Source: a virus (lineage: Duplodnaviria; Heunggongvirae; Uroviricota; Caudoviricetes). Taken from it: a stretch of DNA of 31,322 bases. Shown here piece after piece: positions 1 through 7,844 of the stretch. Each line of letters opens with the position of its first letter. Within the stretch, counting starts at the first letter, position 1. Below the pieces are notes generated by a model, which searched no databases, had not been told where the DNA came from, and was given only the letters and a program-made list of their open reading frames with translations. Location of the stretch: IMG/VR virus record IMGVR_UViG_647533158_000003; one strand, 5' to 3'. A program made the position numbers and the translations under genes.

Positions 1-129
1 CTATTTATCGGAAGGTTTATCTTGCTGCGGTTTGTTGTTGACCATATCGCACAACATAGAGAGCAGCATTAACCGTACTTTAAAGGGAGAATGACTAAAC
101 ACGCGCATACACCTCTTGAACTCATTCAT
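1..129 (-). CDS. mntS: Small manganese-responsive protein MntS (host gene, complete, 42 aa)
   Basis: Reverse-complement translation of 1..129 reads MNEFKRCMRVFSHSPFKVRLMLLSMLCDMVNNKPQQDKPSDK followed by a stop (TAG, complement of 1..3). Matches E. coli MntS as recalled from memory; not on the supplied ORF track because it is under 60 aa. Confidence 0.8.
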   Translation of the reverse strand: MNEFKRCMRVFSHSPFKVRLMLLSMLCDMVNNKPQQDKPSDK

Positions 130-187
130 AAGACCTCCTGACTTGCTAATCCCGTCGATCCTTGAGGGATGATTGCATTACATACAG

Positions 188-205
188 ATATAGCACAGGC
201 TATAT
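188..205. promoter_or_regulatory. Candidate MntR operator in the mntS promoter (inverted repeat ATATAGC-acag-GCTATAT)
   Basis: Perfect 7-bp inverted repeat with a 4-bp spacer, about 60-75 bp upstream of the mntS start. It resembles the ATAGC-N4-GCTAT MntR box I recall from the mntH promoter. Confidence 0.5.
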
Positions 206-296
206 TATAAAGCATCAACTATCTACGAAAAACAACAACTTACAGTGTTATCAATAAGTTGCGTTAGTTAATATCTGTGAGTATTCGGCAGTATTT

Positions 297-1337
297 CTAA
301 GCTGCCGCGACATTTTTGCGACATTTTAAGGGGTTAAGTCGCACGGCATCTTCAAGGTGGCTTGGGGCGAAATGGGCATAACGCATTGTCATAGTGATGT
401 CAGCGTGGCCGAGAATTTTTTGCAGAACCAGAATGTTTCCGCCGTTCATCATAAAGTGGCTGGCAAATGTATGGCGCAGTACATGGGTAAGCTGGCCGGA
501 GGGGAGTTCAATGCCTGCACGTTCCAGAGCAGAGCGGAAAGCGTTGTAGCAGGGCTTGGGGAACAGAGCGCCTTTTGTTTCAGGTAATTCGGACAGAAGT
601 TCATCATCAAGGGGAATTGTTCTGTTGCGCTTCCCTTTGGTTTTGACGAACGTGACTTTACCCCCGGTGATCTGGGAGCTTTTCAGCGTTGCCGCTTCAT
701 TCCACCTTGCGCCGGTAGCAAGGCAGATTTTGACAACTAATTCTAGGTACTTAACTTTACTTCGTTTGCATTCCAGTAAAAGCCGATCAATTTCTTCGGT
801 AGTGAGGAAAGCCATTTCGGTTTCATCAGTACGATACTGTCTGACGTTTTCTAGTGGGTTGGGTGCTGACCATTCACCAATCCGTTTCAGCTCGTTGAAC
901 ATAGCCAGGAAGTAAGCATGTTCAAGGTTCATAGTTTTCGGGGAAACCTTAGATACTCTGTTGGTACGGGCATAATGCCCATCCAGCCTTTTAGCGCGGT
1001 AGGCTGTGAACAACTGGGCATTAAATTCTGTGGCCAGCGGGAATCCCATGCATTCCGCCGCCCAGGTCATAGCATTTTTACGCTTTTCGCCATTGCTCAA
1101 AGCTACGCCGTGGCGTTCATACCACATTGTTATCAGATCTATTAAAGTTCGCTTGTCCTTCCCTTCACCCAGCCACGGAGCTGCGTCTACTTTCTGAAGC
1201 GTATGGTTTTCGAATGCCAGGGCTTCCCCTTTCGTGGCAAATTTTTTACGTATACGCTTCCCGTTCTTGCCATTACTGCGGTTGACGGTGTAGAAGTCGG
1301 CGATCCATTCGCCTGTAGGAAGTTTACGAACGCTCAT
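297..1337 (-). CDS. int: Phage integrase, tyrosine recombinase (P2/186 Int family)
   Basis: 346-aa ORF. C-terminal region ...LTHVLRHTFASHFMMNGGNILVLQKILGHADITMTMRYAHF... carries the R..H..R..Y catalytic signature of tyrosine recombinases. Located at the prophage end, immediately downstream of the repressor gene. Confidence 0.93.
   Translation of the reverse strand: MSVRKLPTGEWIADFYTVNRSNGKNGKRIRKKFATKGEALAFENHTLQKVDAAPWLGEGKDKRTLIDLITMWYERHGVALSNGEKRKNAMTWAAECMGFPLATEFNAQLFTAYRAKRLDGHYARTNRVSKVSPKTMNLEHAYFLAMFNELKRIGEWSAPNPLENVRQYRTDETEMAFLTTEEIDRLLLECKRSKVKYLELVVKICLATGARWNEAATLKSSQITGGKVTFVKTKGKRNRTIPLDDELLSELPETKGALFPKPCYNAFRSALERAGIELPSGQLTHVLRHTFASHFMMNGGNILVLQKILGHADITMTMRYAHFAPSHLEDAVRLNPLKCRKNVAAA
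309..323. repeat. Putative attL core (GACATTTTTGCGACA), overlapping the last codons of int
   Basis: Exact 15-mer repeated at 30647..30661. An att core overlapping the 3' end of int is a common P2-like arrangement. A chance 15-mer match between the two short flanks is unlikely. Confidence 0.4.
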
Positions 1338-1338
1338 T

Positions 1339-1962
1339 TTATTTTATCGTCAGAACAACGCGGCCTATGATTTTTATGTCGTCAATTCCGCAATCAAATG
1401 CCATACCAACACCGCTAACTCTGACTTTTCGTACCGGAATCCGTGTAAGAGTGCGGACGCTTGTTTTTCCTTCAACTTCAACCAACCAATCATCGTCATA
1501 AACTTCAGAATAAGACTGGTCAACAATGTACTGAACAAGGCCATCCAGAACACAAATCGGTTGTTGCGGTAAGGGCTTACCAGGCAGGAAGATGACTTTA
1601 TCAAGCATAAGTGTGCCAGCGTCATAGAGTTGGCCATCAACAATCTTGCTGCGCGGTATTTTGAGTATGTCTAATTCATCATCATTAAATTTACGTCCCT
1701 GTCCTGTCGCCAGCCACTCCAGATTAGCGCCTGTTTCGGCTACACATTTCACGACAATGTCTGCCGGGAAAACTCCACGCTTGTAGCGTGAAGAAAGAGA
1801 ACTGGCTGCCATGTCCAGATGTTCCGCGAGCTGTAACTTCTGCGTAAATCCGTAAGCCTCGATCACCCTGTCAAGAATCGGTGTGCTATCTACGTTTAGG
1901 TCGATTTTAAATGTGCTCATAGCGAATCCATAAGTCTCGGTTCGAGAAATTGAAATTGACAC
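1339..1962 (-). CDS. cI: CI-type immunity repressor (phage 186 CI-like); true start possibly at the internal Met (1339..1920)
   Basis: The N-terminal region YGFTQKLQLAEHLDMAASSLSSRYKRGVFPADIVVKCVAETGANLEWLATGQG resembles the Phage_CI_repr HTH domain. Its stop is 1 nt from the int start (cI-int operon as in 186/P2). The upstream start overlaps the operator-like inverted repeat, so the internal Met start (MSTFK) is more plausible. Confidence 0.85.
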   Translation of the reverse strand: MSISISRTETYGFAMSTFKIDLNVDSTPILDRVIEAYGFTQKLQLAEHLDMAASSLSSRYKRGVFPADIVVKCVAETGANLEWLATGQGRKFNDDELDILKIPRSKIVDGQLYDAGTLMLDKVIFLPGKPLPQQPICVLDGLVQYIVDQSYSEVYDDDWLVEVEGKTSVRTLTRIPVRKVRVSGVGMAFDCGIDDIKIIGRVVLTIK

Positions 1963-1970
1963 TTCTCGAA
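1941..1970. promoter_or_regulatory. Lysis-lysogeny switch region: inverted repeat TTCGAGAA-N14-TTCTCGAA, with TTGACA at 1956..1961
   Basis: Perfect 8-bp inverted repeat between the repressor gene and the rightward early genes; a consensus -35 hexamer is embedded. Operator and promoter assignment is inferred from position only. Confidence 0.4.
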
Positions 1971-2055
1971 ACGCGAATTAATCTGGCTCCATATTTCGAA
2001 TGTTGCCTTATATAACCCTGTATTGCCGTACAGGTTAACTTGTGGAGTTTGCCTC

Positions 2056-2277
2056 ATGCGTCCGAACATTACAATCATCATCCCAGAGCCATACCTGCCT
2101 TTAGACGAGTATTGCCGCCGTACTGGTACCAACAAAGAAACCGCCAGGAACCTGATCGAATACGGGAAATTACCTATTAAGCCGAAGGGTAAGCAGAAGA
2201 AAGGCCTGGTCGAAGTCAACATGGCCGCGCTCACTATTCAGGCGTTAAGCGAATGTGACATTTCGCTTAACGCGTAA
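2056..2277 (+). CDS. Apl/Cox-like small DNA-binding regulator (excisionase / early-switch protein)
   Basis: Small basic ORF, first gene of the rightward early operon, in the position of P2 cox / 186 apl. I take the ATG at 2056 (MRPNITIII...) rather than the track start at 2023, which lies in the promoter region. Confidence 0.65.
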   Translation: MRPNITIIIPEPYLPLDEYCRRTGTNKETARNLIEYGKLPIKPKGKQKKGLVEVNMAALTIQALSECDISLNA

Positions 2278-2307
2278 TCCATCCTACGGATTAGGGAGAG
2301 GCAAACA

Positions 2308-2811
2308 ATGTTTGATTACCAGACCTCTAAACATGCGCACTTTGATGCGGCTTGCCGAGCATTTGCAATTGAGCACAATCTTGAAGATGTGGCCGCTGCC
2401 GTTGGTATGAGGCCGCAGATCCTGCGTAATAAACTGAACCCAGCGCAACCGCACCGCCTGACCTGTGATGAACTTTTGGCTATCACGGATTACACCGAAG
2501 ATGCGCGTTTACTGGATGGGATGCTGGGGCAGATTAACTGCCTTCCATCCGTACCGGTGAACAATGCAACAGAAGGCAACATGCAACTGTGTGCACTGAG
2601 CGCCACAGCCAGTGTGGGCGCGATTGCTGGGGAAGCCGTATCAGCTGGCCATATGACCGCCGCCCGCCGTACTCAAATTCTGGATCGCGCCCGAGATGCA
2701 ATCCGTAGCTTATCCGTGCTGGCTTATACCGTTGAAAGCCGTATTCACTCTGCGCCGGTTTTGGCCGCTGCGGTGGATCTGGTCACAACCAACGCCACCG
2801 GCCTGATGTGA
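2308..2811 (+). CDS. cII: CII-like lysogeny-establishment regulator (phage 186 CII family)
   Basis: 167 aa. N-terminus MFDYQTSKHAHFDAACRAFA...LRNKLNPAQPH closely resembles my recollection of 186 CII. Preceded by RBS GGGAGAGG. Confidence 0.8.
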   Translation: MFDYQTSKHAHFDAACRAFAIEHNLEDVAAAVGMRPQILRNKLNPAQPHRLTCDELLAITDYTEDARLLDGMLGQINCLPSVPVNNATEGNMQLCALSATASVGAIAGEAVSAGHMTAARRTQILDRARDAIRSLSVLAYTVESRIHSAPVLAAAVDLVTTNATGLM

Positions 2812-2820
2812 GGGAGAACC

Positions 2821-2994
2821 ATGAAAGCGTTTGTCACTTACCTGAAAAACGAATCACCGGCCATGCAATTGCCCAGTGGTTCAACGGGCTGGATTGAACT
2901 GCCGAACGGTCAGCGCTGGAACCCTGGCCACATGTACAAATTCAATGGCCAGCAGCCGCGTCGCCCGTGGTGGCGTCGTCTGATGGGGCTATAG
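2821..2994 (+). CDS. Small hypothetical early protein (57 aa), in the position of 186 fil
   Basis: ATG at 2821, preceded by GAGGGAG, with an open frame to TAG at 2992..2994 (MKAFVTYLKNESPAMQLPSGSTGWIELPNGQRWNPGHMYKFNGQQPRRPWWRRLMGL). Not on the track because it is under 60 aa. Function not recognised. Confidence 0.4.
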   Translation: MKAFVTYLKNESPAMQLPSGSTGWIELPNGQRWNPGHMYKFNGQQPRRPWWRRLMGL

Positions 2995-3003
2995 GGGGGC
3001 GCT

Positions 3004-3432
3004 ATGGCGATTAGCCAGGAACAGCAAAAGCGCGGGCTGGAGCATTTAAAACAGATCCGCCGCAAATACTTCAGCGAAAGCAGCGAGGCCGCTGAATGGT
3101 GGGACAACTTGACACCGGAGTGGCGCGGCGTAGTACTTCATGCTGCTGCGGTTACTTCTGGTACCGGGGCATTTAAAGCCCATTTAAGCAAGTGCTGCTG
3201 GCGTGAGCTTTATGAACGCTTGGGCTATCGGGACATGATTCAACTGCGCCAGGGCATTTCACGGGCGCGGTTAACGTTTGAAGGTTTCGGCAGTTTACGT
3301 GACAGCGATTTTTCGAAACGTACCGCGAACCGCCCAATCAAGAAGGTTCATCCAATTTATAGCAGCAGCGGGGTGCAGATGGTGATTGCACCTCATATTG
3401 TCCAGAAGTTACAGCAACAGGGGAATCACTGA
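3004..3432 (+). CDS. Hypothetical early-region protein
   Basis: 142-aa ORF, tightly packed in the early operon between cII and gene A. No family recognised. Confidence 0.6.
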   Translation: MAISQEQQKRGLEHLKQIRRKYFSESSEAAEWWDNLTPEWRGVVLHAAAVTSGTGAFKAHLSKCCWRELYERLGYRDMIQLRQGISRARLTFEGFGSLRDSDFSKRTANRPIKKVHPIYSSSGVQMVIAPHIVQKLQQQGNH

Positions 3433-3833
3433 TGTCCATTATTTCGGTTGAAGGTAAATCACTAGGGGCAGAGCTGGCTGTGTGGGGCGTCCCGCATAAC
3501 TACGCATTAGCGTTTGCAGAGAAAAGCACCAGTAAAAATGGGCGTATCGCTTTGCATCCGTTCTTCTTCAACGACACTGAACACATGACAAATCCGCGTC
3601 ACTGGCTGGCGATCAATGCTGCTTTCTGGTGCTGCGTATATCGCGAAGCGAAAAGCAAAGAAGCCCAGATAGAAGCGCTGGCGGGGATTCGTGCAATTTT
3701 CTATACAGCCGGGGCGTTGGGAGTTGGCGAGATAAAAGCGCTGATCCAGGAGTGGTGGCGGATAACCTATGAGCTGCACCTGATTCCGGCACCGAACTAC
3801 TCAGCCGCCACAGTACAACCCACTTTTCACTAA
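3432..3833 (+). CDS. Hypothetical early-region protein
   Basis: 133-aa ORF whose start overlaps the upstream stop (translational coupling). No family recognised. Confidence 0.6.
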   Translation: MSIISVEGKSLGAELAVWGVPHNYALAFAEKSTSKNGRIALHPFFFNDTEHMTNPRHWLAINAAFWCCVYREAKSKEAQIEALAGIRAIFYTAGALGVGEIKALIQEWWRITYELHLIPAPNYSAATVQPTFH

Positions 3834-3900
3834 TTAACTGCCTGAATTTTTTGTCCACGATTCAAGTGGCCGGGGATTCTTTTGCCTTGAGGAAACCAAA

Positions 3901-4134
3901 ATGCACATGACACGTCAGGATTTACCCGCAACAAAATCAGGCACCGACCTGCTGGCCATGCTCACCAAAGCCACGCAGGAAGGTAAAGCCGCAACTGCTG
4001 ATCTGTGTTCCACCCGTCTGGATAAGCTGGCTACTCATGCAGCCAATGAAGGTTTAAGCGCAGCGGAAATCGTTGAGTTAATCCGCGAAGAAGCCGCAGC
4101 TATTTGCAGTAAAGGCGGTGCCGTATGGCAGTGA
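3901..4134 (+). CDS. Hypothetical small early protein
   Basis: 77-aa ORF directly upstream of replication gene A. No family recognised. Confidence 0.45.
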   Translation: MHMTRQDLPATKSGTDLLAMLTKATQEGKAATADLCSTRLDKLATHAANEGLSAAEIVELIREEAAAICSKGGAVWQ

Positions 4135-4158
4135 TAACTCGGTAAAAGTGGGTTAACC

Positions 4159-6183
4159 GTGATTGATATGCTGGAACCTAGCCAACACCACGCCGTCAAT
4201 GCCTGGCGGCGTGAAACCTTTGCGCCTGGCAGCCCGTCAGATGCGACGATCACAGAACGCCGCCTGTGGGCTGTTAACCCAGAGGATTACGAATGGCGTT
4301 CCCAGTACCTGCATGAGATACCCGACTGGTTAGCCGGGTATTTTGGCAATCGTTACGAAAGACTGTTTGCTGGTCGTGACGGGCGTTGCCGTGCCAATAC
4401 ATTCCTGCGCCAGACTATCGGTGGGAGTGTATTGCCACGTCTGCGTAAGGTGGCCGCACGTTACACGCTGGCCGCTGATGCACTTGATCTTCCCTTTGGT
4501 AAGTCGCTGGAGCGACTGCCGTCACTTGACCGTCCCGACCTTAAAAAACTGGCTGGACAGATTTCTGGCTGGATCTCCCAGTCATTGTATGACTTCACCG
4601 ATCAGTTTGTTGGCAGCACCGAAGATGCCGCAGAGTTGCGCCGCCGTACGCTGGAGTCTTACCGCCATCTGTGCGCCTGTTCCCTGATGCTAAATAACCA
4701 GCCGCCTTATTGGGCTGAACATGAAGCCAATGGCGGCCAGCTGGAAACACGCAAGGCTGAATCCGGGATTCTTCGCATGATGGCGCTGGAATGGTGGGTG
4801 CTGCGTCTGAAGCGTGCGCGTGATGTGCAGCGTGAACATATGGCTATAGCCGTGGGGCAGGTTCAGAAAGCCGCCACTGCGTATGTATCCCGCAAAACCC
4901 TGGGTGAATGGGTTGACCAGAAAAAGCGGAATCTGGAGTTCTTTAAAAAGTTTGATCTGCTGAATGATGAGGGGCTGCGCATTTCACTGGACAGTATGGT
5001 GCATCGCAGCGTTGCAAATCCGGCGATCCGTCGCTGTGAGCTAATGGTAAGAATGAGAGGATTTGAAGATATGGCCAATGAAGAAGGGCTGGCCGGTGAG
5101 TTTTACACCATCACCGCGCCATCACGCTTTCATGCGGTACACAGTAAAGGTGGTTTTGTTTCGCAATGGGATGGATGTACACCGCAGGATACCCAGCGTT
5201 ATTTATGTGGTGTATGGGCGAAAGCCCGCGCAGCGATCTCCCGTGCCGGTATTCATGTTTTTGGTTTTCGCGTGGTTGAGCCTCACCATGACGGGACACC
5301 GCATTGGCATATGTTGCTGTTTATGCGCCCGCACGATGTGGACACCGTGCGCGATATCCTTTGCTATCACGCCAGAATTACCGACTCTGAAGAACTGAAA
5401 ACAGAAAAGGCGCTTAAGGCACGTTTTCATGTTGAGGCTATCGATCCCGCCAAAGGTTCGGCAACGGGTTACATCGCCAAGTACATTTCCAAAAACATTG
5501 ATGGATTTGCACTGGATGGTGAACAGGACGACGAAACCGGGGAGAACATGCGCGATATGGCCAAATCCGTTTCTGCCTGGGCTTCACGCTGGCGTATCCG
5601 CCAGTTTCAACAGATTGGCGGTGCGCCGGTGACTGTCTGGCGTGAGCTGCGCCGGTTGCGTGATCAGGTGCTGACCGATCGCAAAATGGATGCAGTGCTG
5701 GCCGCTGCTGATGTTGGAGACTGGGCAGCGTATACCCAGGCGCAGGGTGGCGCACTGGTTGCCCGTCGTGATCTGGTTGTTCGTCTGGCCTATGAAATCA
5801 CAGAACAGGGTAACGAGTACGCGGAGGACGTGCAGCGCGTTCAGGGTGTCTATTCTCCCTTAGTTCCAGATTCAGAGGTTTGTACACGTCTGGTGAAGTG
5901 GCAGAAGGTGGCGAAGTTGGCCGAAGCGTCAGCGGAGGCTGGTTTTTCTGGCGGCAGCGCCGCCCCTTGGAGTTCTGTCAATAACTGTACGGAGGGTGGA
6001 ACCCGCAGACGGTTAAAACTGGAATTGCGCAGCCGGGGTTTTGATGGTTCTGACGAAGAAATAGCCATTCTCATGCGGGGTAGTGGTTTGAGATTTGGCC
6101 AGGTGGCATTGATTTACCGTAATGGCCGGTTGCAAGAGACACGAAGCGAGCCAATGCACGAGCTGTGGCCGGGGTGGTTGTAG
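4159..6183 (+). CDS. A: Replication initiation endonuclease, P2 gpA / 186 A family (rolling-circle initiator)
   Basis: 674 aa. Contains the HUH-like motif PHWHMLLF and the tyrosine motif GYIAKYISKN typical of P2 gpA-family initiators. Start is GTG at 4159 or ATG at 4165. Confidence 0.93.
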   Translation: MIDMLEPSQHHAVNAWRRETFAPGSPSDATITERRLWAVNPEDYEWRSQYLHEIPDWLAGYFGNRYERLFAGRDGRCRANTFLRQTIGGSVLPRLRKVAARYTLAADALDLPFGKSLERLPSLDRPDLKKLAGQISGWISQSLYDFTDQFVGSTEDAAELRRRTLESYRHLCACSLMLNNQPPYWAEHEANGGQLETRKAESGILRMMALEWWVLRLKRARDVQREHMAIAVGQVQKAATAYVSRKTLGEWVDQKKRNLEFFKKFDLLNDEGLRISLDSMVHRSVANPAIRRCELMVRMRGFEDMANEEGLAGEFYTITAPSRFHAVHSKGGFVSQWDGCTPQDTQRYLCGVWAKARAAISRAGIHVFGFRVVEPHHDGTPHWHMLLFMRPHDVDTVRDILCYHARITDSEELKTEKALKARFHVEAIDPAKGSATGYIAKYISKNIDGFALDGEQDDETGENMRDMAKSVSAWASRWRIRQFQQIGGAPVTVWRELRRLRDQVLTDRKMDAVLAAADVGDWAAYTQAQGGALVARRDLVVRLAYEITEQGNEYAEDVQRVQGVYSPLVPDSEVCTRLVKWQKVAKLAEASAEAGFSGGSAAPWSSVNNCTEGGTRRRLKLELRSRGFDGSDEEIAILMRGSGLRFGQVALIYRNGRLQETRSEPMHELWPGWL

Positions 6184-6302
6184 CGGTATAAATCTGTGTA
6201 ACACATTCATTTGTCAGTAGATGGTAGGAAAATAGATTTCACAATTTGTGCTTTACGGTGTACTGTATGCATATACAGTTATATATTGTTTGTGGGGGCT
6301 AA

Positions 6303-6485
6303 ATGGATCTTTTGGAAGCGTCGGCACAGCTGGAGCGTATTGAGTTATTGGCCAAAATTGCCCATGTGTACGAAAGTGACCAGCGCGAGAAAACAATCGC
6401 TTTGGCCTGGATTGGTGAGATTGCAGGAGAAATGCGACACGATCTTAGAAAAGATTTAAAAAAACAAGGTCAGGGGCCTTTCTAG
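6303..6485 (+). CDS. Small hypothetical protein (60 aa) downstream of gene A
   Basis: ATG preceded by GGGGG. Could be the last early-operon ORF. Weak support. Confidence 0.35.
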   Translation: MDLLEASAQLERIELLAKIAHVYESDQREKTIALAWIGEIAGEMRHDLRKDLKKQGQGPF

Positions 6486-6606
6486 TATCTGATGGGGAAT
6501 GTTAACTCATTGACAATACTATAATCTCAGTTGTAAGGTACCGAATGTTATAGTGTTTAAGATGATTAATAGCTTGTTGACTATAAATTTATCTATATCT
6601 CTTAAA

Positions 6607-6650
6607 CCCTCACTTTATTTTGATAAGAGTGAGGGGGGATATGATTTTTT
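6607..6650. terminator. Candidate bidirectional terminator hairpin (CCCTCACT ... AGTGAGGG) with a downstream T-run
   Basis: 8-bp perfect stem at 6607..6614 and 6628..6635, followed by ATTTTTT at 6644..6650. It sits between convergent genes 6303..6485 (plus) and 6657..7694 (minus). Confidence 0.4.
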
Positions 6651-6656
6651 ACGTTC

Positions 6657-7694
6657 TTAAACTTCTACTTCATTTTTAGAGTATATTTCCCCATCTTCTT
6701 TACGTATGCAATCACCAATGATGACTTTAAAATCTAATGATTTAATCGTATCAATAACATGATTGAGATAAATGCTATCAATTGTAGCAGGGCATAAACT
6801 TTTTAACTCATGGCCAAGTGGTGTTAGAATTAAAACCCTTAGTTTAAGTTCTTTCTTTGGATCGTCATGTTTAATCTGCATTACTTTATCATTATATATA
6901 TGATAATAAAAATAGGTTTCTTTACTAAGAGACTTGAAAGTTGAAGCTAATCCCATTGACTCAACTCCAGCAATGATGCCCAATGATTGCATCTCAGATA
7001 AAAAATTATAGTTTAGCTCATTATCTAAGTATTCGTTGCTGAAGTTCGAACCAACTTTCTCCCCCTTGATAATCCTATCAAGAAAGAGAAAAGAGAACAG
7101 TTTTTGTATTTTATTTGCTTCTTTTTGTGTCAGATTTTTGATGAAATCAACAGTTCTTAATGAATACGAACCTGGGCTTTTTAATTCACCTGCAAGTATT
7201 CTTCCCCATAAATCCTGTAACTTCTCTGAACTACTTGTTGCAGCACTATCTCTCCACCTTAGCAACCAATCATTTTCTATATTTTCGGCAGTAGGCTCAG
7301 ACTGATCAATTGAAAGTATTTCTTCGGCAACAAATAATGACTTGGCGATATTTATTTCTTTCTGGACTTCATTTGCAATAAGTTGAGTGCTTACTGCATT
7401 TTTTAAATTATCGAAATTTATGTAAGGCTCCATTGAACCTGAATTATCATACTCTTGTTTACTTTCTAATGAAATCAGTTTGGGGTTGTTTAGATCATTT
7501 AACGAAACGATTGCTTTTCCACTTTTTATGTTCTCAACATCCATCTCTGTTTGAGCCAAAACTAACATTTTTTTCCTTTCCATTTCTAAACTGGCAACTC
7601 CCTCCCTACGCATTTGCCAGGGCTTACATAAAGCGCCAATACCTTTTTCTGCTGTGGTTTCCCACAGTTTAGTTACAAGCTTTGAACCAAACAT
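6657..7694 (-). CDS. Orphan AT-rich accessory protein (345 aa) in the P2 A-to-Q accessory hotspot; candidate anti-phage defense or superinfection-exclusion gene of unknown family
   Basis: Clean 345-aa ORF with an ATG start and an AGGAG RBS. Composition is visibly much more AT-rich than the flanking phage genes. It occupies the slot where P2 carries old/tin. No catalytic motif recognised by eye. Confidence 0.75.
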   Translation of the reverse strand: MFGSKLVTKLWETTAEKGIGALCKPWQMRREGVASLEMERKKMLVLAQTEMDVENIKSGKAIVSLNDLNNPKLISLESKQEYDNSGSMEPYINFDNLKNAVSTQLIANEVQKEINIAKSLFVAEEILSIDQSEPTAENIENDWLLRWRDSAATSSSEKLQDLWGRILAGELKSPGSYSLRTVDFIKNLTQKEANKIQKLFSFLFLDRIIKGEKVGSNFSNEYLDNELNYNFLSEMQSLGIIAGVESMGLASTFKSLSKETYFYYHIYNDKVMQIKHDDPKKELKLRVLILTPLGHELKSLCPATIDSIYLNHVIDTIKSLDFKVIIGDCIRKEDGEIYSKNEVEV

Positions 7695-7697
7695 TCT

Positions 7698-7709
7698 AGG
7701 AGATCTCCT
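7698..7709. promoter_or_regulatory. Perfect 12-bp palindrome AGGAGATCTCCT overlapping the RBS of the 345-aa gene
   Basis: The sequence is its own reverse complement and contains the Shine-Dalgarno AGGAG of the gene starting at 7694. Possible operator or RBS-sequestering hairpin. Confidence 0.3.
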
Positions 7710-7844
7710 GCACCAATTTTAGGTAATAATATAATGCAAAAAATATAACGCACTGATTTTATAATGGAAAGATATCAGAGATCACTGGCATGAGTCTAGA
7801 CAGAGCAATTTGGGCATAAATGATGACTCAAACGGGAGATATTC

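Noticed and set aside
357-1197. Plus-strand ORFs (357..587, 556..915, 918..1145, 1006..1197) inside the integrase gene
   Set aside because: They are antisense to a well-supported integrase ORF, have no RBS and look low-complexity. They are shadow ORFs.
2275-2293. Short hairpin TAATCC-N7-GGATTA between the apl-like and cII genes
   Set aside because: The 6-bp stem has no following T-run and overlaps the cII RBS region. It is insufficient to call a terminator or attenuator.
7695-7844. Search for a P2-type cos site (GGCGAGGCGGGGAAAGCAC-like) downstream of the portal gene
   Set aside because: No similar GC-rich cohesive-end sequence was seen here or in the other non-coding gaps, so I cannot annotate a cos site. 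This was a by-eye scan, not exhaustive.
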